A DNA stretch of 64,000 bases, taken from the NCBI GenBank assembly GCA_043228905.1, contig JBHGNT010000016.1:11470001-11534000 (forward strand). Direction: 5' to 3'. Below the pieces are notes generated by a model. The model ran no database searches, was not told where the DNA came from, and worked only from the letters and a program-made list of their open reading frames with translations. The DNA is from Azolla caroliniana. Its lineage: Eukaryota > Plantae > Polypodiophyta. The first letter of the stretch is position 1; each line of letters opens with the position of its first letter. Both the position numbers and the translations under genes were made by a program. Below, piece by piece: positions 20,434 through 34,300 of the stretch.

Positions 20434-23400
20434 ACTGCATCCCAGGGCGATATATGATTAGAAAGTCGAAGTGGGTCAAAATTTGCACCCACCAGGCTTG
20501 TTGCCGACTCAAGACTCGAGCATTTTGAAAATATGTCAGGTTCTTATGATCATTGTAGACAATGATCTGCGGAGAAGAGCCTTCTAGAAAATGTCGTCAT
20601 TGTTGAAAAGAATCCACAATTGCATGAAGTTCTTTGTCATGGATCTCCTAGTTGATCTCTATAGCTTCAAACTTTCGGGAATGAAAGGCGATAAGGTGTA
20701 GCTCTCCGTCATCTCCAATCTGTGATAGGACATTTCCTAGTGCAAAATCGAATGCATCAGCTTCAAGGATGAAGTGTTTTGTTGGGTAGACATGTGCTAA
20801 AATAGGTGTTGTTGTAAACGCCCGTTTTAAACTTTCAAATGCCTTGGCTGCATCTGAACTCCAAATGAATGGTTGATTTTTGTGTGTAAGTTGAGTGAGC
20901 ATAAGCACGACCTTAGAATCATTTTTAATAAATTTTCGATAAAAGTTCGCAAACCCAAGAAAACATTGCACATCGCACATTGAAACGGTCTTCTGCCACT
21001 CTAAAATTGCTTGAACCTTCATGGGGTCCATAGAAATACCATCTAATGATACAACGTACCCCAAAAATTCCACTTGATTCTGGCTGAAACTACACTTTTC
21101 TAATTTTGCGTAGAGACCATATTCTTATAGTCGAGTAGATCTTTTCAATAGCTAGAGACCATATTCTGGCTGAAACATGTTCATCATGCTCCTCTTGGGT
21201 CTTCGAGTAGATCAAAATGTCATCTAGGTAAACTATAGTGAAGATATCGAGAAAATCTTGAAAAATATCATTCGCCATATGCTGGAAAACTACATGTGCG
21301 TTCGTGAGACTGAATGACATCACAATATACTCAAAATGTCCATAGCGAGTGCGAAAAGTAGTCTTCCATTCATCCCCCGGATGAATCCAAACTTGCTTAT
21401 ATGCACCACGAAGGTCCAATTTAGTGAAATATTTTGCTCCACTAAGACATTCCAAAAGATTCGGGATTAATGGTAGAGCATATCTATTCCGGATGGTCAC
21501 TTTGTTTAACCCTCGATAATCCACGACAAACTGAAGAGACCCATTCTTTTTCTTAACGAAGAAGATAGGTGCACCAACAGGGGATCTAGAATGCCGAATG
21601 AATCCATTTGCGAGATTCTCCTCGATATATTCCCGCAAAGTCTCTAGCTCTATAGGGGAGAGATTATAAATTGGGCCCCATGGAGGTTCTTTCCCTGGTT
21701 ATAAATCAATAGGGCAGTCGTATGGCTGATGCTCTGGAAATGTATTGGCCTTCACCTTATCAAAGACGTCGGAGAACTCTTTGTATTTCTCTAGTAGTTT
21801 AATGTCCCCTTCATGTAAGGTGGATGATGGAGTTGCTACTATTGCAAATACGAACATATCCTCAGTCCCCCCTTCCTCACATAACAGGCGTAAAGAGATG
21901 GTCGATAACTTATGGGATCTAGTATCAAATGTCGGAGAGTTGAGGGATACGAGCTTTGTTCTTTCTTCTTGGGCCTCCTCAATTGTCCTTTTCATCCAAT
22001 CAATCTTCGAGTTATGGAGTTCAAACCAAGGGAGAACTAGAACTATTGGGTGTTCCGAACTAGAAATAATGTTGAAAGAGATTATGCTTGCCAAATCGCC
22101 AAGCACTATACGAATTGGCTCAGACTCCTCGACTATATCACCTGATGCTATGGGACGTCCATCAATGACTCCTACGACGACTGGGTTTGGGAGTTTATTC
22201 AAAAGGATGTTTTGTGACAATGCAAATTCATAATCCATGAAACAAGAGTTGGCTCTAGAATCTAGGAGGGCAAAGGCTAGGACTCGATGACATGTAGATG
22301 TGGTAAGCTCAACTTGTGCAAAAAAAACTCTACTCACTTGACTCGATGAAATGGAACCACAACTAGGAACTAACTCTACGTATCTAGGATGGTTCAACCA
22401 AATGGCTCCTATTTTGGCCAGACTTACTCGTTTAACACATCCTCTAATTGACTCAAGACATCGAATATGTTATCATGGTATGGACTATTAGGCTTATTTA
22501 TGTTATTAGAAGTAACAATGGAACTCGAAGTAGGGATGTCATGTGCACTTACTTGGTATACTTGACGTCTAGGTTTATGTGGACAATTCACGACTATATG
22601 TCTTGGACCGCCACAATATAGGCATAGGCGGTGCGCTCGACGTCGTTGCTTCTCAACATCTTATAAAGGCGCTTGATGTTGTGTTGTCTTTATTTCCATC
22701 GGAGTTGGGTCATCCCTTTCAATGGGTCTGGAAACTTGTGGAGGCGTTGCGACTACAGAAGCATACGTCTATTCTGGTTGGCGACATAACATTTGTTGGC
22801 GCTCAGAACGTCGCTCAAATAGGCGATTATCACATCGCACGGCTCGACTAATGGCCTCTATTAGAGACTTCGGATCTTCATGAAAAGTAAGAAGAAGATC
22901 TTTGACATCATTACGCAAACCTTGACGGAATTGATCCATTAAGGTCACCTCATCCCAAGGGATATCGCATACCAAAAGACGGTAATCAGTTGCGTAAGCC
23001 AACACGGGACGATCTCCTTGTTGGAGCCTTCGAATCTTGTTTATCGCCGTCATAGTGTTGTGGTGTCTCCGAAACTAGCTTGAAACTCCTTAACAAATGC
23101 TTCAAAATCCTCCATCAATGGTGATTTCTTCTCGAAAAGTGGTGCAAACCATGCTAATGTTGTACCACATAACAAGGTTCCCACTAATCCCACACGAGCA
23201 GCATCAGTTGGGTACCAATTGGGATGTAACTGAATAACCAAACGGACTTGATTCAAGAAGCCTCGAAATAAAGACCACGTACCATCAAGCTTGGCAGGGA
23301 GGCTAATCTTTGGTTCTCGAGGGGAGTTTTGAGCCCCCGACGCTTGTGCTCATAATGACAATATAGTAGCTTCGAGTCAATGAACCCATTGTGATAACTC

Positions 23401-24070
23401 TTCATATTGTTGAGCTTTTTCAGTACTCACTTGTCATAGGTCACCCAATAGCCTTTGATTTTCATGCTCTAATGCCACAAATTTATTCGTGAGCATGTCG
23501 AGCTCAAAAAGAACACGCATGTATTCTTGTTTGCTCACGGACTCCATAACTTACGAGGAGAGAGGAGAAGAAAGAAGATAACTTATTGGAAGAGGGAGAA
23601 ATAAAACATTGGTTCAAACTATCAAGCCAAAGAGAGAGAGAGAGAGGAAAAGAGATACAGTGTTAAGATAGAAAGAGAGAATTGTTAAGAAAGTATTGTA
23701 TTGCAATATAAGATGGAGTACAAAGAGTAGACAGTATGGAGCTATAGGATGACGTTGAACCAATTTGGTTTTTGGAGGATTGATAGATCCCTATTTATAA
23801 GTCCCTATAGAGTAATATAGATTACTCTAGAATATTCTAGGACATTCTAGAATATAGAGTAATCTAGTAGTCTAGAAGGTTCTAGCATATAGAACACTCT
23901 AGGACATTCTAGAATATAAAGTAATATAGAATATTCTTATGATATTAGATTATATATTCTAAAAACCATACACATAAACATGTTACTACAATGGTTAAGG
24001 ATTTGACATGTGTATAACAAGGTTGTGGGTTCAAATCCTTTCGAGGCATGATGTGAGTGTCATCATGACA
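20434..24070 (-). mobile_element. Gypsy C (Tcn1-like, older): 5' LTR, gag, PR, RT, RH; interrupted by Gypsy B
   Basis: LTR 23620-24070, PBS 23608-23619, gag fragments 22424-23550, pol fragments 20439-22400 (ALLDSRANS, YLDDIL, LEADAFDFALG); continues at 1105-1232. Confidence 0.9.
23620..24070 (-). repeat. 5' LTR of Gypsy C
   Basis: Same architecture as the B LTR (TATCA...ATCATGACA, self-primer, TATA box, TCTAGA-rich repeats). Its partner LTR is not in the window. Confidence 0.8.
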
Positions 24071-24146
24071 AAGTCTATGAAACAAATCCCTTGTAAAAAC
24101 CATCTAGACGAGTCATCTAGAACAATCAAAGAATATGTGTGTGTCC

Positions 24147-24354
24147 TTCACTTCTCTCATGAGACGCATAGAAAACTTTCAAGGTTGAATTTGATGGAAA
24201 TGATTATGTGATAGGGGCAATCTTGTATTAAGATGCCAAACTCATAGTATTTCACTTCTCTTATGAGTCGCACAAAAAACTTTGAAGGTTGAATTTGATG
24301 GAAGTGATTATGTGATAGTGGCAATCTTGTATTAAGATGCCAAACTTATAGTAT
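24147..24354. repeat. Imperfect ~104-bp tandem duplication
   Basis: TTCACTTCTC...GATGCCAAACT(C/T)ATAGTAT starts at 24147 and again at 24251. Confidence 0.85.
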
Positions 24355-24813
24355 TTGAGAGTAAGAAACTTACTCCTACTCATTTCAAGAAAAAGAATTG
24401 TTTGCAATTCCACATGCATTTAAGCCATAGAAATTGTAAAGAACACTAAACCTCTTGGAGTTGGGGGAAGCGGAAGCCATGAGCATGTGTCAGCAAGAGA
24501 ATGAACCAGAGTAAACAACTATAAATGAGAAGTACATAACACAAGGGATTACAACTTATGGATTGACGAGAAAACAATATTGATAAACTAAAATCAACGA
24601 CAGAATATGATGGGCCAGGTAGCTTTATATACAAGTCCTCAAGCGACTAGCAAATAAAATGTGGTTGGTGGAGTCTAGTATAGACATATGCTCGAGTACA
24701 ATTTTTTCATATGAATATTTAATATTCCTTGATGACATTTACTCTTGATAACAAACTAGATGTCGCAATCTTAGTTCAAATACCTAGACAGTTCACACGG
24801 GATTACAATAAAG

Positions 24814-25357
24814 TGTTTGGATTGGAACAACCGATTGCTCGTACATATGTTCGGGTGCAAAGAATAGACAATGACAGTGCACAAACAGAAAACAGAAAGT
24901 ACCGAAATGCGGAGAGCAGAGACACTAGTATTTTACGTGGAAAACCTGAAAAGGGAAAAACCACGAGGGTCCACAAACCCTAAGAAAACAAATCACTATA
25001 TGTACGGACAAGAGTACAAGTAGACTCGGAGGCAACAACCTCGAGCTCGTCTTTGTCTAACAGACGGCGACAGAGTTACTACTCTCACTCTCTCTCACAC
25101 ACACTATAACTTGTTACAACTACAATGATTATCACACATTTTCTAACTATGAAGTTTGCCCTAATTGTATTTATACTTATACAACTTTTTGGCTATTTAC
25201 AGATATAGCCCACATGGGACACATTTAGACTATTTACAAATATAGTCTCCCAAATCTGTTATATAATTCATTTTCAATTTTGGGCTCGGCTGAATTACCC
25301 ATGTGTCTTTGATTCTGATCGTTCTCTTCCCATTTGGAGGGACCTATTTTCCCAACA
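24814..25357 (-). mobile_element. Solo LTR of a Tnt1-like Copia family related to Copia 1/2
   Basis: TG...CA ends, TSD TAAAG (24809-24813 / 25358-25362); shares GGAGGGACC...TCCCAACA, CGTGGAAAA and TTTGCCCTAA motifs with Copia 1/2 LTRs; no internal domain. Confidence 0.88.
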
Positions 25358-25792
25358 TAAAGTGTGGTCACACACTTTTTCACACTATGTGCTTTCTACA
25401 TAAGCACATGTTCTTAACCTTGGTTTTCTTGGTGTAGTTGATGACTCATTTGAAATTGTTGGAATAGTTGGGTTGTGGTCTTCACATTGTTTTTATGTGC
25501 TCAACCTCAATCAGACAAGATCGATCTTGCCAATTCAAAAAATGTTGATCGAGGGGTTTTTCATTGGGCTTCTCCTACTGGGATTTTGTTTTGGGTGCCA
25601 AGCATATGCTACTCTTACCCCATCTTCCTTGTCCTCTATCTCATCACAGGTGTCGATTCATGGTCCAGTTGATCTCTAACTTCAAAACGTCTTCCTCCAA
25701 CTTATGAATTGAGTCGAATCAAGTACAATGATTGGTTTAATTTGTCGAAGCTAGTTTTTCTCTTCCTCTTTTGCTTATCTTGAGTGCCAATA

Positions 25793-28700
25793 TGTTGAGA
25801 TATCAAGCTCAACTTAGTTTAGTTAGTTAGTCAACATACGTAACTTAGTAGTTACCTAGATAGAATCTAGTTAGTGTGTTGACCTTAAAGCCTTAAATAG
25901 GATTTTGTACTTGACTGAGATACATTATAGATCCTCCACTCCCATGCTCATTTAATATAGGACTTACACCTTTGTACCTATATTCTACTCACACATGTGC
26001 ACCTTTGCACATGAGATGTATATATACCTCATTGTGGGTATTTTTGTATTTGATGATGCTTTTTAATATAGGTAATCATCCCCCATTTATATTATTGTTC
26101 ATAAGTGTTAACTTTCTCTCTCTCTTCCTCTCACACACATATCACTTAATCGTCCACTTAACTTAATCACATAATTAGGTACTAATTAACCCGTACTTAA
26201 TTACCTAATTCTTAACATGGTATCAGAGTGCGTGGTTTAGAAAATCCACTAAGCCCACCCGACTCCGTGATTGTGTGTTCGAGAAGTCGACGACAAAATC
26301 CGGCTATCGGCTACCGTAGTGCCACTACGTAGCACATGTACGTGACCACAGGAAGAAAAGACAAAAGGGACGACATTACAACAACATGAACACACAAATG
26401 GGTAGCTTGCTCTCTAGTGAAAAGCTAGACCGGAGCAATTATTCATCTTGGGACAAGATGAACCAATCCCTAGTTGGCCAAGGGTATTGGAGCTACATCA
26501 AAGGCGCACAAGAAAATCGACTCAACCCAAAGAATGCTGACTACTCAACATGGGAGCAAGCGGTGAGTCGAGTCATGTATTGCTTGCCAACATGTGTCCA
26601 CGACCACATGCTTAGTCATATTCGAGACGCCAAGACGCCTAAAGAGGCGTGAGAGAAGGAGGAGCTTCCATGCCGAACAAGGTCAACAAATGTGACCCAT
26701 TACTTGCAATTATTGTGGCAAAATCGGCCACCACAAGGAGTGCCAAAAAAGAAGAAGTGAGTCGGCTTCGATAAACCGACAACTCACAAACTACGCCACT
26801 AACTCCGAATACGACGACTATGGTGGACTATTCGTAATGAGACATAGAGCGAACTCTATGTCAGTCTCCGACTCCACAAGCACCTCCAACTTGGAAGACG
26901 TGTGGTTAGTCGACTCCGGCGCCTCACATCATATGACGTCACACCAAGAGTGGTTTCGTGACTTACGAACGCCAGATCGACCAGGCTTCATAGAGACGGG
27001 AGACGACACCACACATCCCATTCAGCACATCGGCAATGTCCCATTTGGGAAAGAAGGTGAGCAAACTTGCATCAAGAATGTGTTGCACGTGCCCACAATA
27101 ACAAAGAATTTGGTCTCGGTCAGCCAAATCGTGGAACAAGGCATGCAAGTTCTTTTGAACAACGAAGGATGCTTCATTGAGAAAGATGGTTGACTCATAG
27201 TTAAGGGACGGAGAGACGGTCGAATGAGGTGAAATCGGACATGTATGCCAAAGGTCACAAAACCGAGACGAGCATCGAGTTGTGGCACAAGAGAATCGGC
27301 CACATCAACCTCCAACTGCTCCGAGCTATGCAATTAAAGGGAGTCTTCATCGGACTTTTGGCCTTCGAGTCAAAACTAGTCAACCAAGTGTGAGAAGCGT
27401 GTCAACTTGGCAAACAACATCGACTCTCATTCCCGAAGGAGAGCTACATAAGCAAGGGCCTCCTCGATGTCATACATTCAGATGTATGGGGACCGGCTCA
27501 AACGCCGACGATCAACGGATGTAGTACTACGTCACCTTCATCGACGACTACTCACACTACACGTGAATCTTCCCAATGAAGAAGAAGATCAAAGGGCTCT
27601 CCCACTTCCAAAAGCTCAAGGGCCAAGTCAAAAGAGAAATCGGTCAACACATTCTATGCCTACGATCAGATGGAGGCAAGGAGTACTTCTCCAATGAATT
27701 CATCTCCTATCTTCAAGGTGAAGGCATCCGGAGAGAATTCTCATGCCGACACACACCCCAACAAAATGGAGTCGACAAAATGGAATCGCCGAAAGGAAGA
27801 ATCAACAAATACTCGAGGTAGCACGCACCATTATGCATGAGAAGCACATGCCGAACTTCTATTGGGCCGAAGCGGCATCCATGGCCGTCTATCTCATGAA
27901 TCGATGCACCACCAATGGAGTGCATGAGCTAACTCCATACGAGCTCCTTGTTGGAAGGACATCGATCCTGTCGCACTTCAAAGTATTCGGAAGCATTGCG
28001 AATGTACGCATACTGAATGAAAACCAACAGAAGCTTGACTCGAAGTCAGAGAAATGCATCCTCGTAGAATACTCATCTAAGAAGAAGGCATACAAGTGCT
28101 ATAACCCTTCGATCCGAGTGGTTCGGGTGAGTCGAGACGTAGTCTTCGACGAATCGGCATCATGGTATAAGCCCGATTCGGCTCCATCTTATGCGATCGA
28201 GGAAGAATTGAACATCAACTCGGAGGACAATATTCGGCCAAGCCCTTCACCAAAGGACCGTCCAAGCTCTATAGAGCTAAGTGGCCCACACGAGCCTTCA
28301 CGCGACCAAAGCACGTCGCCGCCAAGTCCGAACTTGGACAAAGGCAAAGGTAAGATGCCTGAATACGAAGTCGATCACCTCGGCGACAATGATTTGGATG
28401 TGTCGGCTCCCTCACTAGACAGTGAGTTTGGGGTACCCATTATCCGTACACCCGAAGTAAAAAAGGCGCTCACATCGGCGAGCGAAAAACCTTCGACGCT
28501 CATCTAGAGAAAAGAACCCTATCACTCGGCTCGGCTACAACAAGTACATGGCCCATCATTATGCCTTCGCAATGAAGGTAGTAGCCGAACAAGAGCCCGA
28601 GAGCTCTACATAACTGGCTCGTGGTCCACGATGGGTACAAGCACTTGGCCTTCGACCATTTAGCGCTACAAGCCTTCGTCACGGGCTTGAGGGGGAGGAA

Positions 28701-29257
28701 CCGAGACTGCCGCCACGAAAATACAGACGCTGAAAGCCGCACAGAAGCCACCATCGAAAGTCGGACGACGCCGAAAGCAAAACCGGATGTCGGACGCCTC
28801 ACACTTGAGCTTGAGGGGGCATGTTGAATATCAAGCTCAACTTAGTTTAGTTAGTTAGTCAATACACGTAACTTAGTAGTTACCTAGATAGAATCTAGTT
28901 AGTGTGTTGACCTTAAAGCCTTAAATAGGATTTTGTACTTGAGTGGGATACATTGTAGGTTCTCCACTCCCATGCTCATTTAATATAGGACTTACACACC
29001 TTTGTACCTATATTCTACTCACACATGTGCACCTTTGCACATGAGATGTATATATACCTCATTGTGGGTATTTTTGTATTTGATGATGCTTTTTAATATA
29101 GTTAATCATCCCCCATTTATATTATTGTTCATAAGTGTTAACTTCCTCTCTCTCTTCCTCTCACACACATACACACACATATCACTTAATCTTCCGCTTA
29201 ACTTAATCACATAATTAGGTACTAATTAACCCATACTTAATTACCTAATTCTTAATA
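25793..29257 (+). mobile_element. Copia D: non-autonomous element retaining gag/PR/INT but lacking RT-RNase H
   Basis: LTRs 25793-26217 and 28822-29257; TSD CAATA; PBS TGGTATCAGAG at 26218; WLVDSGASHHM, LRSDGGKEY, YWAEAA motifs; no YVDD. Confidence 0.92.
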
Positions 29258-29299
29258 CAATACTTTGTGTGCTTTGTCTTGACCTTGGTGCTTCTCCTT

Positions 29300-30230
29300 A
29301 TACTTGTACTCCCCCTGAAGTTCACCATATGGAGTAACTTAAGGCCTAGATCCACCGATAATTGCAACGGTTTGTCGCGACGTAGTGCCTTTGTGAAAAT
29401 AAAGGCCACCTACTCATTGGTGTTGATGTATTTGAGAAGCAACAATTTCATCCATTCTTTTCATATTCTCTTCTACTTCAACTTCATGGGAATTCAACCC
29501 AACAACTTTTTTGAGTGTCGTTAATGTTTCTACTAGGACATTCCACTCAATGCAAGTTCTAATCTCATCACGGACATTCTTTAAGTCTTATGGTCTAACC
29601 TTTTCGTTACTTATAGTATTAATCACCTTATCCCAGAAGTAGTACCAATATGAGGATCACCTATCTTCAACCTAGACATTGTCGAGTAGTAAGTTGTTTT
29701 TATCCTCTTGCCTTTGGTGTCCTTTATTAACTTCTTCATTCTGCCTTTTTTTGACGTTAAACCAGAGAGGTGATCAAGTTTCTAATAGACAAATATTTCC
29801 ATCTTGATAAAAAATTAAATCTCCATCAAGAGCTTCTTGATGACTCTTGCAATCCCTCTTTTGATATTCGATGTTATCGAACCATAAGCATTGGCAGGTA
29901 AAGTTTTTGTTGACTCAATCTTTCAACTTTCTCCAGCTTGACGAACCTCAACCTCAGAGAGATGAGTACATACAAGAGATGGAGATAGTTTAGAATTCAA
30001 GAAGCAAACAATATATTATAACATACTCTATTAATTTGGGAATACAAGATTTTATTTACCAAAGTTACATCTTCGTCAAACTCCGACTCAAACCCTTGAC
30101 TTCTATCTTGAGAGATGAGAAACTTGTTCGGTAAGCAAGCTGCCTTAATCTTTTGATTTTTATTCGTGATGCCTAAATGCTTCGATTCCTCTCCTTCAAT
30201 AAGTGTTTGAATAAGAGTGCATGTGATAAG
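29300..30230 (-). mobile_element. Highly decayed Copia remnant (end of RNase H, integrase traces)
   Basis: Minus-strand KYINTNE*VAFIFTKALRRDK (~29360-29435) followed by CTTCAGGGGGAG; AACLPNK near 30130. Confidence 0.55.
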
Positions 30231-30771
30231 TGAATGCATGTGATGTGTGATTGCCACTTGGCACACATATGTTACATGTGATGATGCATGATAGCCATGT
30301 TACTCATTTGAGTCAACATGTATGAAATACTACACAAAATACAATTATAATGAAGAGAATATAGACACATTGAATAACTGACCGTAATAGTTCACACTCA
30401 GTGTTTGATATGTAAGGTTATGGGTTCACGACACTGCAATTTACTTCCATTCAATAGGCATGGCTTCTTGGTGACTCCTTGATTCCAACCCAACATCAAC
30501 CACTCTTCTAGAAGTCGGGCGCACTTTTTGCCTTGCTCTTCATCTGTTGCACCCCTCTCCACCCTGACATAACGAATTTCAAACGCTAATGTGGTAATTG
30601 GCGACATAACAATATCTTGAGAGTTCAAACCTAACGCGCATGGCCTTCGAAGTTAGTGGATGATGTTTTGGTCATCATGCTCATGTGTGCAATAAGCAAG
30701 AAAACTTCGAGAAGCTCGAGTTTTGTGACCGCAGTGTAGTGGCCTAAAGAAAGCAAGCTCCCATGTCCAAA

Positions 30772-30780
30772 TATATATAC

Positions 30781-30812
<32 letters not shown>

Positions 30813-30894
30813 GAATTCAATAAGAAGGATGGAGGAGGAAGAGGCAGAGATTTATTTATAAAAGAAGAAGAAGAAGAAGAAGAAGAAGAAGAAG
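30772..30894. repeat. (TA)n and (GAA)n microsatellites upstream of the PABP gene
   Basis: Directly visible runs at ~30772-30812 and ~30863-30894. Confidence 0.85.
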
Positions 30895-31038
30895 ATCGAA
30901 ATCGAAGAAGGACCTTTCTTCTTCGTCGGAGACTCTGTTGCAGCAAAAGCAAGCAAGCAAGCAAGCAGGCATTGCTCTGCACTGCTCTGCACTCTACTTC
31001 TCCAATTTCTTTCATTTCTTCACGCCCCTCCCCCCTCT

Positions 31039-31098
31039 AAAAACAAAAACAAAAAGAAAAACGAAAAAAGAAAAAAGAAGAAAAGAAAAGAAAAGAAA
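31039..31098 (+). promoter_or_regulatory. A-rich tract in the probable PABP 5' UTR (candidate autoregulatory element)
   Basis: ~60 nt of oligo(A) runs about 240 nt upstream of the ATG; PABP mRNAs are known to carry A-rich autoregulatory leaders. Transcription start not known. Confidence 0.6.
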
Positions 31099-31332
31099 TC
31101 GGAAACCTAGAAATATAAGGCAGCAGCATAACCCAGAGAAAGTATATGTCTTCTTCTACCCTAGCAGAAACCCTAATCAGGTAAGGCTAGCCTCCATCGT
31201 CTCGCGTGGTTGTGGGAAGGGAGGAGGATAGGCTGTGGCTGTGGCTGTGCAGAGAGGCATTGAGGAAATTCGTGATTTTCTGACACACAGTAGTTTGGGT
31301 GTGTTCAGTTCAGTGGGTGTAAAAGAAGGGGG

Positions 31333-34300
31333 ATGATGGCTCAGGCGGGGTCAACAGTGGGTGTGGCAGTTGCAGTAGGAAGCCAATTCATGTCCACGTC
31401 TCTGTACGTGGGTGACCTCGATATCACCGTGACCGAGGCCCAGCTCTATGACCTCTTCAACCAGGTGGGCCAGGTCGTCTCCATCCGGGTTTGCCGTGAC
31501 CTCATCACTAAACGATCTCTTGGTTACGCCTATGTCAATTACAACATCGTCCAAGATGGTACACATCCACTCTCTCTCTCTCTCTCTCCTTCTCCTTTCC
31601 TTTCCGTTGCTTTAGTAATCTCTGTTTTCCTGTCCATGCACTACTAGCTTTTCATGTTTTAGAAAGGAAATGCCATGTTTCTTATTTTGTTTACTGTTAT
31701 GGCCAGCATCTCGTGCTATGGAGCTGCTGAATTTCACATCTGTCAATGGGAAGTCGATACGCATCATGTATTCCCATCGTGATCCTAGCATTCGCAAGAA
31801 TGGGTCTGCGAATATCTTCATCAAGGTTATAGCTCCTTTGCTGTTTTGAAATGGATTTAAATAATCAGCACCTGCTATTATTATTTATGTCTTCATCAAG
31901 GTAGAAGATTAATTCTTTTGAAATGCATTTGAACTCAACCAGCATCTTTGGTTTCTTTCGGGATTCTTTTATTGCAGAATTTGGACAAAGATATAGACAG
32001 CAAGGCCTTACATGACACCTTCTCTGTATTTGGTACCATCCTTTCATGCAGAGTTGCGGTAGATGAATCCGGCACTTCAAAAGGCCATGGTTTTGTTCAG
32101 TTTGAACAAGAAGAGTCTGCACTTAATGCTATTGAGAAAGTGAATGGAATGCTTATAAATGACAAGCAAGTCTTTGTAGGGCCCTTCCTTAGAAAGCAGG
32201 AAAGAGATCTAGCTACTGCTGGATCTAAATTTAACAACGTGTATGTTAAAAACATTGCTGACAGTACAACTGATGACGAGTTTAGGAAATGTTTTGAAGC
32301 ATTTGGACCCATTGGCAGTGCTGTTATAATGAGGGATGGTGATGGGAAGTCCAAAGGTTTTGGATTTGTGAACTTTGATAACGTGGATGATGCTGCAAAG
32401 GCAGTGGAAAGCTTGAACGGCAAGTGGATAAATGATAAGGAATGGTATGTTGGAAGAGCTCAGAAGAAAGCTGAAAGGGAGGCAGAACTCCGAGCTAAAT
32501 TTGAGCAAGCTAAGAAAGAACGAGCAGAGAAGTTTCAAGGTGCAAATCTTTACTTAAAGAACATTGATGACAGTGTCGATGACGAGAAGTTGAAGGAATT
32601 GTTCCTGAGCTGCGGCAATGTCGTGTCGTGCAAGGTGAACAAATTGATATCTCGTCATCTTGTTATATCAGCTAGTTAGGCTTATAAATGGGTAATTGCT
32701 AAGTTCTGCATTATTCACTTTGTTCTACACAAGATAATGAAGACACCCCAGGGTCAAAGCATGGGTTCTGGATTTGTGTCCTTCTCCACTCCCGAAGAAG
32801 CTACAAGGGCGGTATGTTATACTGTTTTTGAGAGAGGAATAAACCTCTGAAGCAATCGTCTTTTTTAAATGAATGTGGGATTTTTGATATTCCTTTCCTC
32901 AATAGGTTGTCTGTTCTAGTTAGCAGGAAAGGATGCTGACTGCTTTCTGGCTTAGCTGCTGCTTTAATAATAATATTCTTCTAACTAGTATTTTTGCAGT
33001 AATATTTTTTGCCCAAGTTTCACTAAGATGTTGAACCTGTGGTCAGCTAGTTCAATGTGGATTATCTGCTTCCATAATAATATTCTAAGTAGTATCTTGG
33101 TGAAATTTCTTTCCCCAAGTTTCATTGAGATGCTGAACCTGTAGCAAGCTAGCTAGTTCAATGTGGCTTTTAGCCTTTTCTTACATTACTTAGTGTATCT
33201 CATGGGCAATTTTCTATCTCAATTTACATGTGCAACTTAAGAGATTGTGTTCATTTCCAGGTTAATGAAATGAATGGAAAGATGGTGGGTACCAAGCCTC
33301 TATATGTTGCCCATGCTCAAAGGAAGGAGGATCGGCGAGCTAGACTGCAGGTGGGTGTTTTTGAGCAACTTCATCCTTGCCTTCACATAAATCATCCAGA
33401 TTTCTCACCTTGCAATGGTTAATGATTTTTGTGTAATGCATGTTGTTCAGGCTCAGTTTTCTCAGATGCGAAATTCTGCGGTGAATACCCCTCCTGTGGC
33501 AGCAAGCCCACCACCCATGTTTCATCCTGGGGCTGCTGGAATGGGCCAGCAAGTATTTTATGGTCAACCTCCCCATGGTTTGATTCCTTCTCAGGTATCA
33601 GACCTCTATTTAAATGTCATGCCTTGTTTTTGTTCAATAATGTGTATTCCAATATAAGTGGCAGTAGTTTAAGTATCACATCCCATGATTTATAAACACA
33701 TTATGACTGTTGTCTTGGCAGACAAATGGTTATGGCTATCAACATCCAATGGTTCCTGGTATGAGGCCTGGTGCCCCACAAATGCAAAACTATTTTATGC
33801 CGTTTGTACAAAGGCCAGGTCAGCAGGGTCAGCGGATGGGAAATAGAAGATCAGGTGCTCCTCTTCAGCCTCAACAACATCAGTTTCTACCGCAGGTACG
33901 GTTTCTTTTTGGCCTCTGGTGCTCAGGTACTTTTCTGTGAAAGAACTCTAAAGAAAGTGATTTGTTCAGGCCATGCCGCGAAATGGTAATAGGCCCATGC
34001 GGTACTCTCAGGCATCGCGGAATGCAGCCGAGGAAATTAGCAGTACTACATATGACATTGGGTCAATGCCAATTACTGCACTTGCATCTGCCTTAGCTTC
34101 AGCTCCTCCAGAGCAACAGAGAATAGTAAGCACTAGTTACAAAAATGAGCTCGGGCAATATTAGCTGTTTTAGATATACTCTTTCTAATCAGATGATTTG
34201 TGCTTGTGGTGCATAGATGCTGGGAGAGCAGCTGTATCCTCTTGTTGATCAATTAGAGCACGATCATGCGGGGAAGGTTACTGGTATGCTTTTGGAAATG

